Source: Chara braunii (lineage: Eukaryota; Plantae; Charophyceae). From it: a stretch of 64,000 nucleotides of DNA. The stretch spans positions 5,027,040 to 5,091,039 of the forward strand of contig BFEA01000032.1 in the NCBI GenBank assembly GCA_003427395.1. The letters run 5' to 3'. Of the stretch, positions 25,801 through 38,535 are shown piece by piece. Position 1 is the first letter of the stretch; every line of letters starts with the position of its first letter. The translations under genes and the position numbers were made by a program. The notes under the pieces were generated by a model, which worked only from the letters and a program-made list of their open reading frames with translations, was not told the DNA's origin and made no database searches.

Positions 25801-25971
25801 CAGTCCNGCGGGCCGACAATCAGGGCTCCCCAACAAGAACCAAGGGGGATAGTCCCGAGGGACCCTCAACCCCTCGATCGTCCTCCGCTTCCTTACTGTT
25901 TCGCTGCTCCGCTCTCCACTGCTCTCCGCCAGCCTCGATCCCGGGATCCGCCTGGTGAAAACTCAGTGACA
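22850..25971 (-). mobile_element. Putative long 5' LTR of the LARD-like element
   Basis: Minus-strand end CTTACA lies next to the PBS. The outer boundary TGTCAC at 25971 is tentative. Confidence 0.4.
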
Positions 25972-26695
25972 TAACCTATAGGGCTAAGCCCAAGCCTGAA
26001 TTAGATGCGGGCTACCCTGTATATGAATTGCATGGTCAACCAGCCTGGGCCTGCCCTTCAACCCCGTGACCCCGCACACGTGCCGTGCTGGCCTATCCCC
26101 TCCACCCTGGCCTTGTAGGATCGTGCTCTGCTATCTCGAAGGTAGGTGTCGCCCAGCTCACTGCGTACGTTGCCTCTAAGTGCCGCGATTGCGGCATGTG
26201 GCCTTCATAGCCTGCCGCAGCTGGCTTTCTATCACCGCCTTGCCGGAAAAACCCCGACACTTCTCCACTAGACTCCATTCGCATTGCCTTCCCTCTCACT
26301 CCTCCGATGGCTCCGACCTCTAGCTAGTATTCAGCAGAGCTCTAGTGTTCACATCCTCCTTACTGTGTAGTCTCAAAGGCGTCGTCTTTCAGTGAGTCAA
26401 CGAAACCTCCCCACCGTAAACCTACTGACCAGCTCCATGCTGTCCGTGGCTTCGTCGGTGACCGCAGGACTGTGGTCCACGCGGCTTGGTAAAAAATTCA
26501 CACGGCTGCCGACGGCTAGCTACTTACGCACGCCCACAAAGTGCATGCTCACACACTCTCTAATCAACCTAAACGCGCGTCTGCCATCTCTGACTTCCTA
26601 AAGTCAGTTGCGGCTGGCCGAACTATATGCCACCCTTCCAAGTATCATCCCGATCGCACCTCCTACAAGGTGTACCAAACACGCACAACTACCCT

Positions 26696-27529
26696 TGTAA
26701 GGGTAATGGTGCCGACAACGCAGTCTGCTTTAGAGGGAAGAGTGTGAGAAGTCCCGAACTCTCTTGGTTGGTCTCATACGCTCGTCTGAAGGTAGGAAAC
26801 GATTGACCAGCGGGCGAGCATAACGTTCCTGATGTCCAGGCACTCAGCTGGAGGGGGCAAGTCGGCGACAATGCGTGCCCAGCGCAAGTCGTTCGCAAGG
26901 ATGCTCGCATAGGCGAGGCGGCGAGCACGGTGTGCTCAACACCGCTTCCAACTTTAGATCTTGGGAGAGGGTTCAGCGAACTTCAGTCGTGAATAGCGAG
27001 AACAACCAATGGCACTGGTACATAAGCCTGACGACTGAGTATTGCCCGTGTCAAAACGCCCTCGAAGCAGAAGGGAGCGGCTAGAAGCAACGAACCGACG
27101 ATTGAGTGATGCTAACGTTCTAGTTGCAGGTAGCAGCAGCCAAGACCATTGATATGGGAAACGGGGGTTACTGCCCCAAACAAGTAATCAAGCCTTTCGA
27201 TGATCAGATGGTCTAGCAGCCCCGCCGATTGGTGAGTCCCGCCACTTTTTGCTGGCGAGATAATCGAGCGTTTTCGCAGATGCAGAATACAGGCACTTCG
27301 AAGAGCATCCAATCTACCATCTCTGAGGCAAAGCTGGGGGGGGGAAATAACGACGAGCCCCTACTTCTGACACGAACAGGTACGTGTGACCGGATACTAA
27401 TTGGGGCGACACACAGAACGACCACGCGGGAACTAGCACATGGAGAGCTCTCCGCGCATTGCATCGAGGGAGAGAAGGGTTTTGTTTAATAATTAATCAA
27501 ACACTAATTAAGTATATTTCTCTCTTACA
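26696..27529. mobile_element. LTR-like segment
   Basis: TGTAAG...CTTACA terminal inverted repeats, but no TSD (ACCCT vs CGACA). Confidence 0.3.
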
Positions 27530-28744
27530 CGACATTGTTGTTCGTGAGAAAGGGGGCTCCGTCAGCGAGAGAACTGAAGGTGGTCAGTGCCTAACCTATT
27601 GCATGTGAGAAGAGAGAGAGAGTGAGCGAGAGGGAGGGTACACGAGGAGAGAGGCATCAAATAGAACTACGAACGAGAGGGTGATGTGAGCGAGATTTTG
27701 ATCCTTATTTTGAGGGCGAGCACATTTGAGTTCGACAACGGACGACTAACGAGATGGGTACATCAGAGGTGTGAGACTGTTTACACAGAGAGACTGAGAG
27801 AGCGAAAGGGGGAAAGAAATACAGTTGAAAAACGAGCTATCTGCAAGCAGGCTACAGGGGAGCTTCTCGCGTAACTGGGTTTTTAAAAAGAAGAACCATG
27901 ACATTTCATTATCTGACTGTGAACTCTTCATTTGAAAGTTAGTCAACTTTAGTGCCCTGTCGACACTCGCTTCTTTTATCTAATTGTACTATCCTGTTCC
28001 TCTCTTTTAAAGGGCTGAGTTGAAGTGTGAGAGGAAGGCACTCGGGGTTGGGACTGACGTGGATTCTGAGATAGCTTGTAGGAAAGGAACATTTGAACTG
28101 AACCATGTAATTTGCTACTCATATGCGCTCTGATAATGACAAAAAAAAACTATATAAAACAAGGCGGGCGACAGGTGGGCAACAGAAGGCTCCCCTACTG
28201 AGCACTGAGGGCCTCTGAAGAGGGCGCAGCGAGTGACAGGCGCTGTTGCCCTTGGCTTCAGCGAACAGTAGGAGCCCCTCCCCGGGTTTTCCTCACACCG
28301 GCCCTGTATCGTGTGTCGAATGCCTGCTCACGTACCTCCACAGCGTGCCAAGTACCTGCTTACGTACCTTCCTTGCGCGCTGAGGACTTGCCTTCTATCT
28401 TCGTTGTGTACTGAGCGTTTGCTCGTAAGTTTCCGCCGTATCTCGAGTCTGCCAGGTCTGTACTTTGCTGTGGGACTAGTCCAGCCAGCGCTACCAGCGG
28501 CGCTAGACGTTCCATTGGTCCACGCAGGCTCGGCGCCCTGCTGTACAGCAGAGCACGACCGGCCTGTAGCCGCGGTAGCCTCTGGGCTCACCCAGGGACG
28601 CGAAGGTAAGGGGGCCGGCGCGATCTTTTCGACTGCACGCCAAGTACCCTCCAGTCGTGTTATGGGATGTAAGGGAAGGGAGAGGAAAGAAAACAAAAAT
28701 CAAGGAAAAGTCGAGAATCAAACCAGTTCACTCCCCTTTTCCTT

Positions 28745-28768
28745 TTCTTCTTCTTCTTCTTCTTCTTC

Positions 28769-28800
<32 letters not shown>
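28745..28800. repeat. (TTC)n-(TTA)n compound microsatellite
   Basis: Direct reading of the sequence. Confidence 0.95.
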
Positions 28801-30964
28801 GTTTGCCTTCCGTTCCGCGGGGAGAAGAATGGATCGTTTTTTAACTTCAACTGCAAATGGGCGGCCTGGGCGACCTGCACTGGCCAGCCCTTCGAATCCC
28901 ATTTACAGCAGGCGCAGCTGTCAAGCACTGCGTCGTAAGGCTCCAAAATGGAGCACCCGCAGCCGTGTCGGTAGGAGGTTCATCACCCCCTGCGGGAGGT
29001 CATAAGCCCCCTCCTTGCCATCGGACACGGGTGCCCATCAGGGGTAGCCCGTTGGTCCTCTTTGAAGAGGGGAGGGTGACCATTGGTATCCCGTTATGGG
29101 ACCACCTGCGCCGAGCCTGCAGGTCACTTCATGCCAAAGGCAGCCGTTGAGGTTCGGCCTCTCGTTTTTTTTCTTCGTTTTTTATTGTCCTATTAAAATT
29201 CTGGAAAACAATACTGAATACCTCCTTTAGAGCACAGGGACCGCGGCCCATACTATCCTACAAAAATAGGGACTGCTGCGTTACTCGTAGCTGGCCAGTA
29301 GGCGCACGCAGGCTACCTCCCCGAGCCAATGCGGGTAATCTGAAGGACGGGGTGCAGGGCGGTGAAGTAAGCAGGTGGTAGGCTGTCTGTGTGCGAGGCC
29401 GGATGTCGAACTTCGGCTATTCTGAGAATGCGCGGCTATGGCTCTGCACGACTACACACCTGACTGCTGGAATCTTATAACTCGCTGGAGGCCGATGTCC
29501 AAGGAGCGACCCTGGATCACCACCATCCTCAACTATGACGGGGAGAAGAAGCCAAGTTAAAAATCAACGTAGAAGGGGCAAGGGAAGAAGAGATGAGAGC
29601 GGATCCAAGACTGCAGGCGGTCGTGACTGAAGCGAAGAGCAGGGCCAAGCGTAGGTGCAGACGGGACGGCGTCACGGCTGACGTCCAGGTGACAGTTGCC
29701 TACCATGAGGCAGCAACCTCCACAGACACGGTGGAACGGGAGCAGGCGCACCTGGACCGGGACTCAAGAGGTGAGAGCGAGGTCAGCGACGCAGGGACCC
29801 TGTCCTGGCATGGGTTGGACCAGTGGAGGAGAGACCATCCGCCGGCCGATCCAGTAGACAGCGGCCCTGCGGCCAACTCACGAGGACGACGGCAAGACAA
29901 AGAGGGTTAGGCAGTTACGGGAGAGAGAAGCGGACACCTGTCAGGGGGTTCTGGTAGAGGAAGGATCGGACGTCAACTCGCGTCGACGGAGTCACTGAGT
30001 GAGAAGGGGGAGCATTCAGAGAAAGAATGAAAGAAAGTGAGAGAGAAAGGACAGTGACATGCGGTCAGTCAGGATCAAGAGAGAGTCAGTGTGCATGTGA
30101 AAGGTGACGGGGTGCACAAACGACACAGACGAGAAGGAAGGAGTGTGATTGCAGAGGGCGGCTCAAGGGACATGTGGGAAAGAGCGCGAAGGTGTGCGAA
30201 GGTAGGCATACCTCCTGTTTTGCTGACGTCAACTGGTCTCTCTCGAGCAGTCATTGTCGACTGCTAGTGAGCTTGCGTGGAAAACGAGGCACTATGTCGA
30301 AGTTTATGCCCTGACACCTCTAGCATAGTCCGTTGTTGGCCGATCATTGCCGCCTTGGAGGGATGGGTAATTTCGTCACGCAAGACGAGATGTGCACGCT
30401 CATTGATGTTGATGTCAACTCTGTCCTTATCGATTCGGGTCATCTAACGTTGCTGGGTTTTGTCTTGAGCGAAGTGCGACGGGACCGAGATATTAGTAAT
30501 GTGAGTGAGGGATGTCATACCCCCTCCAGTTACAGCATGTGAGTGGAGAGACGAAACGCGCGTCGTTAATGACAATGTCACGGAGGGAAAGAAGAACAAG
30601 CGGGTGGGCAGTCGCGATCGAGGGAGACGGCGAGAGAGAGTACACACGGAAGTTGGACATGAAAGAGAGAACGAGGTTGACGTCTCTCTCTCGTGAGCTC
30701 TCGCGAGTTCTTTGGGAAGTGAAGCCCGTGGCCTCGTAGTGGGACATGCCAGTACAGGCAGAGAGAAAGGGGGCATTTTCAATCATGCTCGGGAGGGGCG
30801 AGTGAAGACAGACGTGCGTCCAATTTTCTCTTGCAGCTGACATCATCCATGGTAGATGAGCTTAGCTTGCTCCTGATCAAGCCGAGGAATCAGTGGAGCA
30901 GGAAAGGGCTCTTAGCAGTAATGACAATAATGTGCCTTGCATGCTCGGATGGCAGGGTCTATTG

Positions 30965-33425
30965 CTCCGATATTTAGCATCTTGCTGACAAAGGATGGCC
31001 TCGCCCCTCAAATGGCCCAAAATATACTCACCAAACAAATTTACAAACTGGGCAGATGGGGTAATACATTCACATCATTGCTGGGGCATGCACTAGCCAT
31101 TAACACATCTGTTTATTCTATGATGTGGTACATAGTGTCACTCTGGACCGTTCCGGACCATACAATCAAGGAGCTTAACCGTAAAGCAAAAGCATACTTG
31201 TGGTTTCGACCATTCCGGACCATACAATCAAGGAACTTAACCGTAAAGCAAGAGCATACTTGTGGTCGGGTGACCCAAACAAAGAGAACTGCATACCAAA
31301 GATAGCTTGGCATTACATCACAAGGAAACCAAAAAAGAAGGTCTTCGTATCATAGACCCCAAACAGGAAACCAAAACCTTACAAGTTAAATGGATAGTCA
31401 AACTACTGACTAAGCCTGGTACAACATGGAATAAACTGGCCTTGGATAGCATTAGGGGCCTAGCACCTACAGCCACACCAGCAAATATGCCCGGCCTGTT
31501 CTGGGTAACGACCAAGGAATGGAGTCCAAGTACACGGCGCAGAAATCAACGAAGAGGAACCGATCCAAATGAAGTCAGACCCCCTACACCATAGTGGACT
31601 GCATTGTTACGGATACGCGGGAAGTCGTGCCAAGGAAAGTGGGTATACCCATAATCCAAAGAAAAGTACTGGGTCAACCCCTGTTTGGTAATCTGTGGGT
31701 GAGAGATGAAAGTGATCACCAACTATCCCTTAAGTCTAGAGGAAGGAGATGGTTATCATGGATCAAACATGGAGTTTGGAAAGTGAGCCATCTGTGGAAC
31801 GAGGAGAAAAAGGACTGGATGACAGAACAGGAACTTGCCTCCCAGCTCAAAGGATGTCACCAACGAGATGACAATTTACAATCAATTATCAACTGCATCC
31901 CAGAAGGCTGGAAGCAGTTGTTGAGCGAAGTCTCAACTTGGAAATTGGGTGAATGGGGAGTGAGAGTGCAGGATTTAACCCCCACAAGGGCCTATCAATT
32001 CTCCCATAAACAGCAAGGGTCAGATACCCTGGCAGTGTTTACCTCCTTCCACTTTACCCCCTCCACGCAAGGCCTTCCATCTATCATGAATAAGGAAGTG
32101 GAAAGATCAGTCCTAAACCCTTTTGTACTCAGAAAAGTCAAGAGTGTTGGGTTCATGGCCAAAAACAATCTTCAGAATAGATACGGCGATTCAAGACCTG
32201 GAATTTGATCCAGCAGAGTGGGCTTGGACACCAGACCGAAGTAGAAGCCTCAAAACTAACGTCTCCATTCAGGAATACACAGTCAAGCTGGGATACAACT
32301 TACTCCTCAAAACAAAGGATCCTGAGTCCTGACCCAATGCTCAAGAACAGATGGCAGAAACTAACAGGTCAAGACGCTAGTCAGATCCCACAAATACCAT
32401 GGAAAAATTTCAAGTCAATTCGTCCGGTTAAAATCAGAAGCCTACTATGGCTCATCTCATACGTAGCTCTACCGGTCAACCAGTGGTTGCATATCAGAAG
32501 AAGCAAGAATGACCCTAACAGTTCAGATTATGCGTGGTATTTTCAAAAAATGAACCAGAAGATATGCTACATTGCCTGATACGCTGTAGAGAGGCGACCG
32601 GATACTGGGCGAGGGCCTCGGATCTCTGGGATTCCCTCTTCTCGACTCCCCTCCCTGAACATCCCATCCAACTCCTTTTATGGAGTAACATCCCAGCTCA
32701 ATTCCACTTTTATGGAGTAACATCCCAGCTCTATTCCACAAGACAGAGTGGTTTGGAATGATCAGAAAGGTAACGCTGTGGTCCATCTGGAAGGAAAGGT
32801 GCTGTAGAACCATTGAGGGACTCTCAACTCCAAGGGAGAAGGTATGGGCGGAGACAAGGACTTTGATTCAGGGGGAGATCCTTTGTAAGTGGCACAAGAC
32901 GAGACAGTCCATGCCAGATGACGAAGAGCAACATAATAGAATCAAGGCAACATTCACTAAGATGTGGCTTGCAAGGGGCAACGTGGCAGAGATAAATGAC
33001 TTCCACATACGATGGAAAGGCTGGCACAACTCAGAAGCAGGGTGGAGAAGGCAGAGATCCCAGCCAGCAGAAGGGCAACATCCATCACAGGTGACTTAAG
33101 ATTGGAGGGCGAATTCCGAGACTGCAACTTCCGTAGCTTCTCTTGCCTTTCTTGCTCTTTATTACTTATCTGACCGGCTCATGTAGTAGACCTGAGAGGA
33201 AAGGTGGAAGTAAGGCAAGCTGACAGTCAATCCTCCACGATGCGGGAGTAATCAATGCTGGTCAGGGTTCCTTCGGTCGGACGGAAGGAAGCGTGAGTGT
33301 GTGTCATGATGTAATATTTCTTTCTGACTTGCCGGTGGAATAGGAACTGGACTGATGCTCCCCAGAATGGAAATGGAGTCACGGCCATAAGGACCTGTCA
33401 TGAAAAAAACAAAAAAACAAAAAAA
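30965..33425 (+). mobile_element. 5'-truncated LINE (L1/Tx1-like): ORF2 C-terminal region, 3' UTR and A-rich tail
   Basis: KLGRWGNTFTSLLGHALAINTSVYSMMWY and EGLRIIDP...VKWIVKLL parallel the copy at 11580-11908. zf-RVT-like region (KIRSLLWLI...EDMLHCLIRC; LWSIWKERC). A-rich tail at 33403-33425. Internal duplications at 31146-31266 and 32676-32730. Confidence 0.88.
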
Positions 33426-33429
33426 TAGC

Positions 33430-33705
33430 TGAGAGGAAAAAGCAAGGATAGTCCTCATAGGAGGCCTATGAGCAAATATTAGGTGAGTACGACTAAATAG
33501 CAGATAAATTGAGATCTGTCTCAGAATTGTAGCAGCTAGGCTAACTTAGGCAGGGGTGAGGGATGGTACATCCCTCTCACAGGAAGTAATCAATGTCATC
33601 CGCTCGGACCTCTCAACCATAATGGGAGGAGTGTGTGTGCGTAACTGTTGTAAAAAAAATGGAAAGGAGCCAGAACCGCAAAAAAAAAAAAACAAAAAAA
33701 AAACA
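33430..33705 (+). mobile_element. Second, related LINE 3' end in tandem
   Basis: GGCTAACTTAGGCAGGGGTGAGGG..TGGTACATCC and AATGGAAAGGAGCCAGA followed by poly(A) match the minus-strand copy at 58605-58815. Confidence 0.65.
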
Positions 33706-33919
33706 CCGGAAGGGCTAAACGCCTCAGAAGAAAGGAAGAAGAAAAACCATGAATACCGAATGCTAACCGCCTCAGAAGAAAGAGGAAAAACAAAGGAAAG
33801 TTAGACAAGGTTTAAGGAAAGATTGGGCAAGAAGAGCATACCTTTCTTCGAGGAGGCAAAGGGCAACAAACAGAGGGCAAAAAGCAGCAGGAATGGCACG
33901 AACAGTACCGGCACCAGAA

Positions 33920-33954
33920 CAATAGTAGTAGTAGTAGCAGCAGCAGTAGCTTTG

Positions 33955-33997
<43 letters not shown>

Positions 33998-34017
33998 CAG
34001 CAGCAGCAGCAGCAGCT

Positions 34018-34066
<49 letters not shown>

Positions 34067-34698
34067 CAGTAGTAGCAGCAGTAGCAGTAGTAGCAGCAGT
34101 AGTAGTAGCAGCAGTAGCAGTAGCAGTAGCAGTAGTAGCAGTAGCAGTAGCAGTGGCAGTGGCAGTAGCAGCAGTAGCAGTGGCAGTAGCAGTACCAGTA
34201 CCACTACCAGTAGTAGTACACTAGTAGCAGTAGCAGCAGTAGTAGTAGCAGTAGTAGTAGCGGTAGTAGCAGCAGTAGCAGCAGTAGCAGCAGTAGCAGC
34301 AGTAGCAGCAGTAGCAGCAGTAGCAGTAGCAGTAGCAGCAGTAGCAGTAGGAGTAGTAGCAGTAGCAGTAGGAGTAGCAGTAGCAGCAGCAGCAGTAGCA
34401 GCAGCAGCAGTAGTAGTAGTAGTAGTAGCAGTAGTAGCAGTAGTAGCAGTAGTAGTAGCAGTAGCAATAGCAGTAGCAGTAGCAGTAGCAGTAGCAGTAG
34501 TAGCAGCAGTAGCAGCAGTAGTAGTAGCAGTAGCAGTAGCAGTAGCAGTAGCAGTAGCAGTAGCAGTAGCATTAGCAGCAGCAGTAGCAGCAGCAGTAGC
34601 AGCAGCAGTAGCAGCAGCAGTAGCAGCAGCCGTAGCAGTAGCAGTAGCAGTAGCAGTAGCAGCAGTAGCAGTAGGAGTAGTAGCAGTAGCAGCAGCAG
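33920..34698. repeat. About 780-bp compound (GTA/GCA)n trinucleotide microsatellite
   Basis: Interspersed AGT/AGC units. Confidence 0.97.
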
Positions 34699-35191
34699 AG
34701 TTGGAAACAAATATAAGAAACACAGCATGGTATAGACAATTTAGAGTTAGGTTTCGTAAGGATAAATAAGCTCAAATTAGTTAAACGCAAGTCAACTTTG
34801 GAGACTTCCATTACTCCGCAGGCCATTGTGAAATCTCCACCAACGCGGCCTGTGTTTTACATATGATTTTCTTTGTTAACAGGAGAATCATACTGACCAT
34901 GTAAAACAAAGACCCTTAATACAGGTGATCCTAAGAGCAACGAAGTTGCCTCTACCAAGAAAATTTGGGAACGCCTTCAGCTTTTTTGTCCATATGCCGG
35001 CAACAGCAGCAGCAGCCGCCGTCGCAGTGGTAGTCGTAGTGGTAGTCGTAGTAGTCCTAGTCGTCGTAGTCGTAGTAGTAGTAGTAGGAGGAGGAGGAGG
35101 AGGAGGGGGAGGAGGAGGAGAAGCAACAATCCGATAAGCAACAGATCGCATGATGCAAAGATTTCAGAGCAGTAAGTTCAACATTGTATGC

Positions 35192-35275
35192 CTGCACTCT
35201 TATGCACTGGAGCTAAAAGAGACTGAAATCAGTCTGCACTCTTATGCACTGGAGCTAAAAGAGATTGAAATCAGT
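35192..35275. repeat. 42-bp tandem duplication
   Basis: CTGCACTCTTATGCACTGGAGCTAAAAGAGA(C/T)TGAAATCAGT x2. Confidence 0.9.
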
Positions 35276-36317
35276 TAAGAACTTAAGGTACCGTGCAGAG
35301 AGAGACTCACCTTGTGTGCTTCCTTAACGACTTTATGACAACAGGTCCGATCGTAAGGTTTGGAACGAAGTTTCTGTCAAGGACAACAAACACATCCACT
35401 ATCAGAGATTAGCGAGTGCTGTTCCGCGTCCCTCTCGTTTTCCATTTCCAGATTAGTTTTCATATTTCTGGTTCCTATCTGGTTCCATTTCGAGTTTCCT
35501 TCTTCTTCAGAGTTTTCTCAAGTTTCCCCCAAGTCCCCTTCTTGTCGCACTTCTGTCTTGCTTCCTTAACATTTTTTAAAAGTTCTTTAAAAAGGACGAT
35601 GGATAGACGGACAGACCGAATCAGTAAGACGGACAAACAAACGGGTGGACAGACAGACAACCGGACAAAGGGACGGATGGACAGAGACAGAGAGACTGCA
35701 AGTCTTTTTTTTCCACCACTCACCAAAGTGCAAAATCCGTGAGTGAATCTTAGCTACAACAACTGCTATGAACTTTAGCAGCAGAAGTTTAGCTGATTAT
35801 GCTCTTCACTAATGCACAAAGGATGACAGAACCTTTGGCTTTACCATGCACTTGACAACTTCCATTCGTCCAATGTCCCTACCGTCTTCCCCCAAACACA
35901 GTGGACAGTCATTATCCCTGTATCTATAGAGAAAGACAGTGAAAGTTTCCCCAAATACAGCTAAAATGACCATGCCAGGCATGCCTTCTATTGAGGGGAA
36001 GATGGTAGGTATCATGATTGTTCGCCAGAAAAAGCCATCTCCTAAACCCTAAGAAGTTAAGAACCCATAAACCCACGACCGTGGTGAGTTATCAGAGGTG
36101 CAACTGACCAGGACATAGAAAGTAATTGAAAAGCATAGATTCAGAGAAAACGTGGTACTTTTTGATGACATGAACAGCAAGCCGAATATCCTGAGAAAAT
36201 GCAATACACGATCAGTGCACAAATGCTCAGATCCGCAACAATATGGTATGTGTGGCGAGGATTCTCCACAGTTTTTGGCAAATGGTGCACGGCTGATTGA
36301 TGTCCTAGGCACAACTG

Positions 36318-36899
36318 TTTCCAGCCGTAAATTTGTTGATCAACCAAGACATCACAAGCAAATGTCAAGCGAGCTCCTGTCCCTAACATTCACTATGAAC
36401 AGCAGATTCAGAAAAGGTACCTCAACAGTAGTTAAAAGGGCAAAAGGGCAAATCCACACTACTGTCTATTTGAAGCTCGAACAGAAGTCTGGAACAGTAT
36501 GAAAAATGCAGTCCACCCAGCCTTCCTGTATAATTAAACAATCTAACAAGCTATTCAATCGTGGTCATCAACCCACTTCTCCCACTCTTTATCTGTTCGC
36601 CCCCCTTCTTATCCCGCTTCCAGCCGTAAATTTGTTGATCAACCAAGACATCACAAGCAAATGTCAAGCGAGCTCCTGTCCCTAACATTCACCATGAACA
36701 GCAGATTCAGAAAAGGTGCCTCAACAGTAGTTAAAACTTTAAAGGGCAAAAGGGCAAATCCACATTACTGTCTATTTGAAGCTCGAACAGAAGTCTGGAA
36801 CAGTATGAAAAATGCAGTCCACCCAGCCTTCCTGTGTAATTAAACAATCTAACAAGCTATTCAATCGTGGTCATCAGCCCACTTCTCCCACTCTTTATC
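36318..36899. repeat. Tandem duplication with about 300-bp spacing, abutting a gap
   Basis: TTCCAGCCGTAAATTTG...CCCACTCTTTATC at 36319-36593 and 36618-36899. Confidence 0.9.
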
Positions 36900-37059
36900 N
36901 NNNNNNNNNNNNNNNNNNNNNNNNNNNNNNNNNNNNNNNNNNNNNNNNNNNNNNNNNNNNNNNNNNNNNNNNNNNNNNNNNNNNNNNNNNNNNNNNNNNN
37001 NNNNNNNNNNNNNNNNNNNNNNNNNNNNNNNNNNNNNNNNNNNNNNNNNNNNNNNNNNN

Positions 37060-37136
<77 letters not shown>

Positions 37137-37435
37137 GCGCACCCCCCTCCCCCCCCGGGGAACATGGTCTCATAGTTCGCTCTTATCAACCAGATGTTAA
37201 CTGCTGCCTGGCCTCTCTCTCCCTCTCCCAACGTACAACAGCCAACACTGGGTGCCCAGAGCAGGATAACATCAGCAGGAACGGGCTCAGGTTCCCTGTG
37301 TGCTCATCTGGCAGTGGGGAGGGCCCACGTCGGTCTGGCACAGCGGACAAGATCCACTGAGAAACTGAACGATGACTCATCATGGGGTAAATCCTGTACA
37401 AGGATCCCAAGTCTTTATGGCATGTCAAGGATTAT

Positions 37436-37565
37436 TGACCCCGTCAAAATTTATCCACGCCCACCTGGTCACGACTATGGATCCTGTCACAATTATTGGC
37501 CCTGTCACAACTGTGGACCCCGTCACAAATATGGACCCTGTCACAATTTGTTCACTTGTCGTCAC
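37436..37565. repeat. About 18-bp minisatellite
   Basis: (T)GGACCC(T/C)GTCACAA unit repeated about 6 times. Confidence 0.85.
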
Positions 37566-38535
37566 TCTAGGATGGGGTCCAAAGGTGAGTTCAGTCCTTC
37601 AGTTCCTAACCGTCCTTCCTTCCTCCACCCCCCTGCCCCCCTCCCGTTCCAAGCCAGCATATCAACAGTCAATCCAAAGGAAGCACGCCCAAGCTTGGGC
37701 CTCTGGCCATTGCTCGGTCGGCCAAAGCTCCAAATACTCTGCCTTTGTCTAGTACACACTCTTGCTGCCCTTGCAGAGGGGCTGAAACGGTTTCACCCAG
37801 TTTACCCGGCACATGCAGACACCAGGACTCGATCCGTAGACCTACCCCGTAACCCTTTACATTGACCCTGACCCTGTACATTGACCCTGAACCCTGTGTG
37901 AGAATTGAACCCATGACCTGTCCCTAAATCCCTCACAGGTTAGTTAGTCTGTGTGTTAGTCTGTCGTTAGGTCTTGATCCATAGATCTTCGTGTTAGCAG
38001 TTTAGTGTGCTACCGTTAGGCTTAGGTAGTCAGTCTGTAGGTTTCTAGAAGGTAGTACATCCAGAATACGGTGTCTGAGTCAGCAGCTGGGCTAGACCAC
38101 CTCGTCCAGTCAGCAACTACCAGGTGAGGGCCCATGCGGTTTGGCCCACGCGTTTTGGGGCTCTCAGGCCCACGGGTTTTGGGCCCTGCTGGGCCACGCA
38201 TTTTGGGACATCCCCAGGCCCACGCGGTTTGGGCCCTCCAGGCCCACACGTTTTGGCCCAGCGCTGGGGCAGGCCAGACCACCTGCGACACAGTATAAAT
38301 AAAGAGGCAGCCTTCAGTCATTCATTCATTCGCCTGTGAGCCATGCGGAAGCGCTGCTGGAGCAACTTGTGCAGTGGAGGTCTGCAGGTGCCCGAAGCTG
38401 AAGTGGGCTGAGGAAGACAACGGCAGCCATAGCTAAGAGGAGGAAGACAACGGCGGCCATAGCTAAGAGGAGGAAGACGACGGCGGCCATAGCTGCCAAG
38501 CTGCTGACGTCAACAGAGTGTATAGTGTGTGTGTG

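Noticed and set aside
33335-33365. Slight resemblance to U2 snRNA (GGAATAGGA)
   Set aside because: Too short, and it lies in a LINE 3' UTR.
33812-34826. Long poly-Leu/Ala/Thr/Val ORFs
   Set aside because: These are translations of a trinucleotide microsatellite.
35810-36502. Possible coding remnant (NVVLFDD, HAD/FCP1-like)
   Set aside because: Single short motif, several stops and no other diagnostic residues.
36318-36899. Tandem duplication as a biological novelty
   Set aside because: It abuts a scaffold gap and may be an uncollapsed haplotype or overlap.
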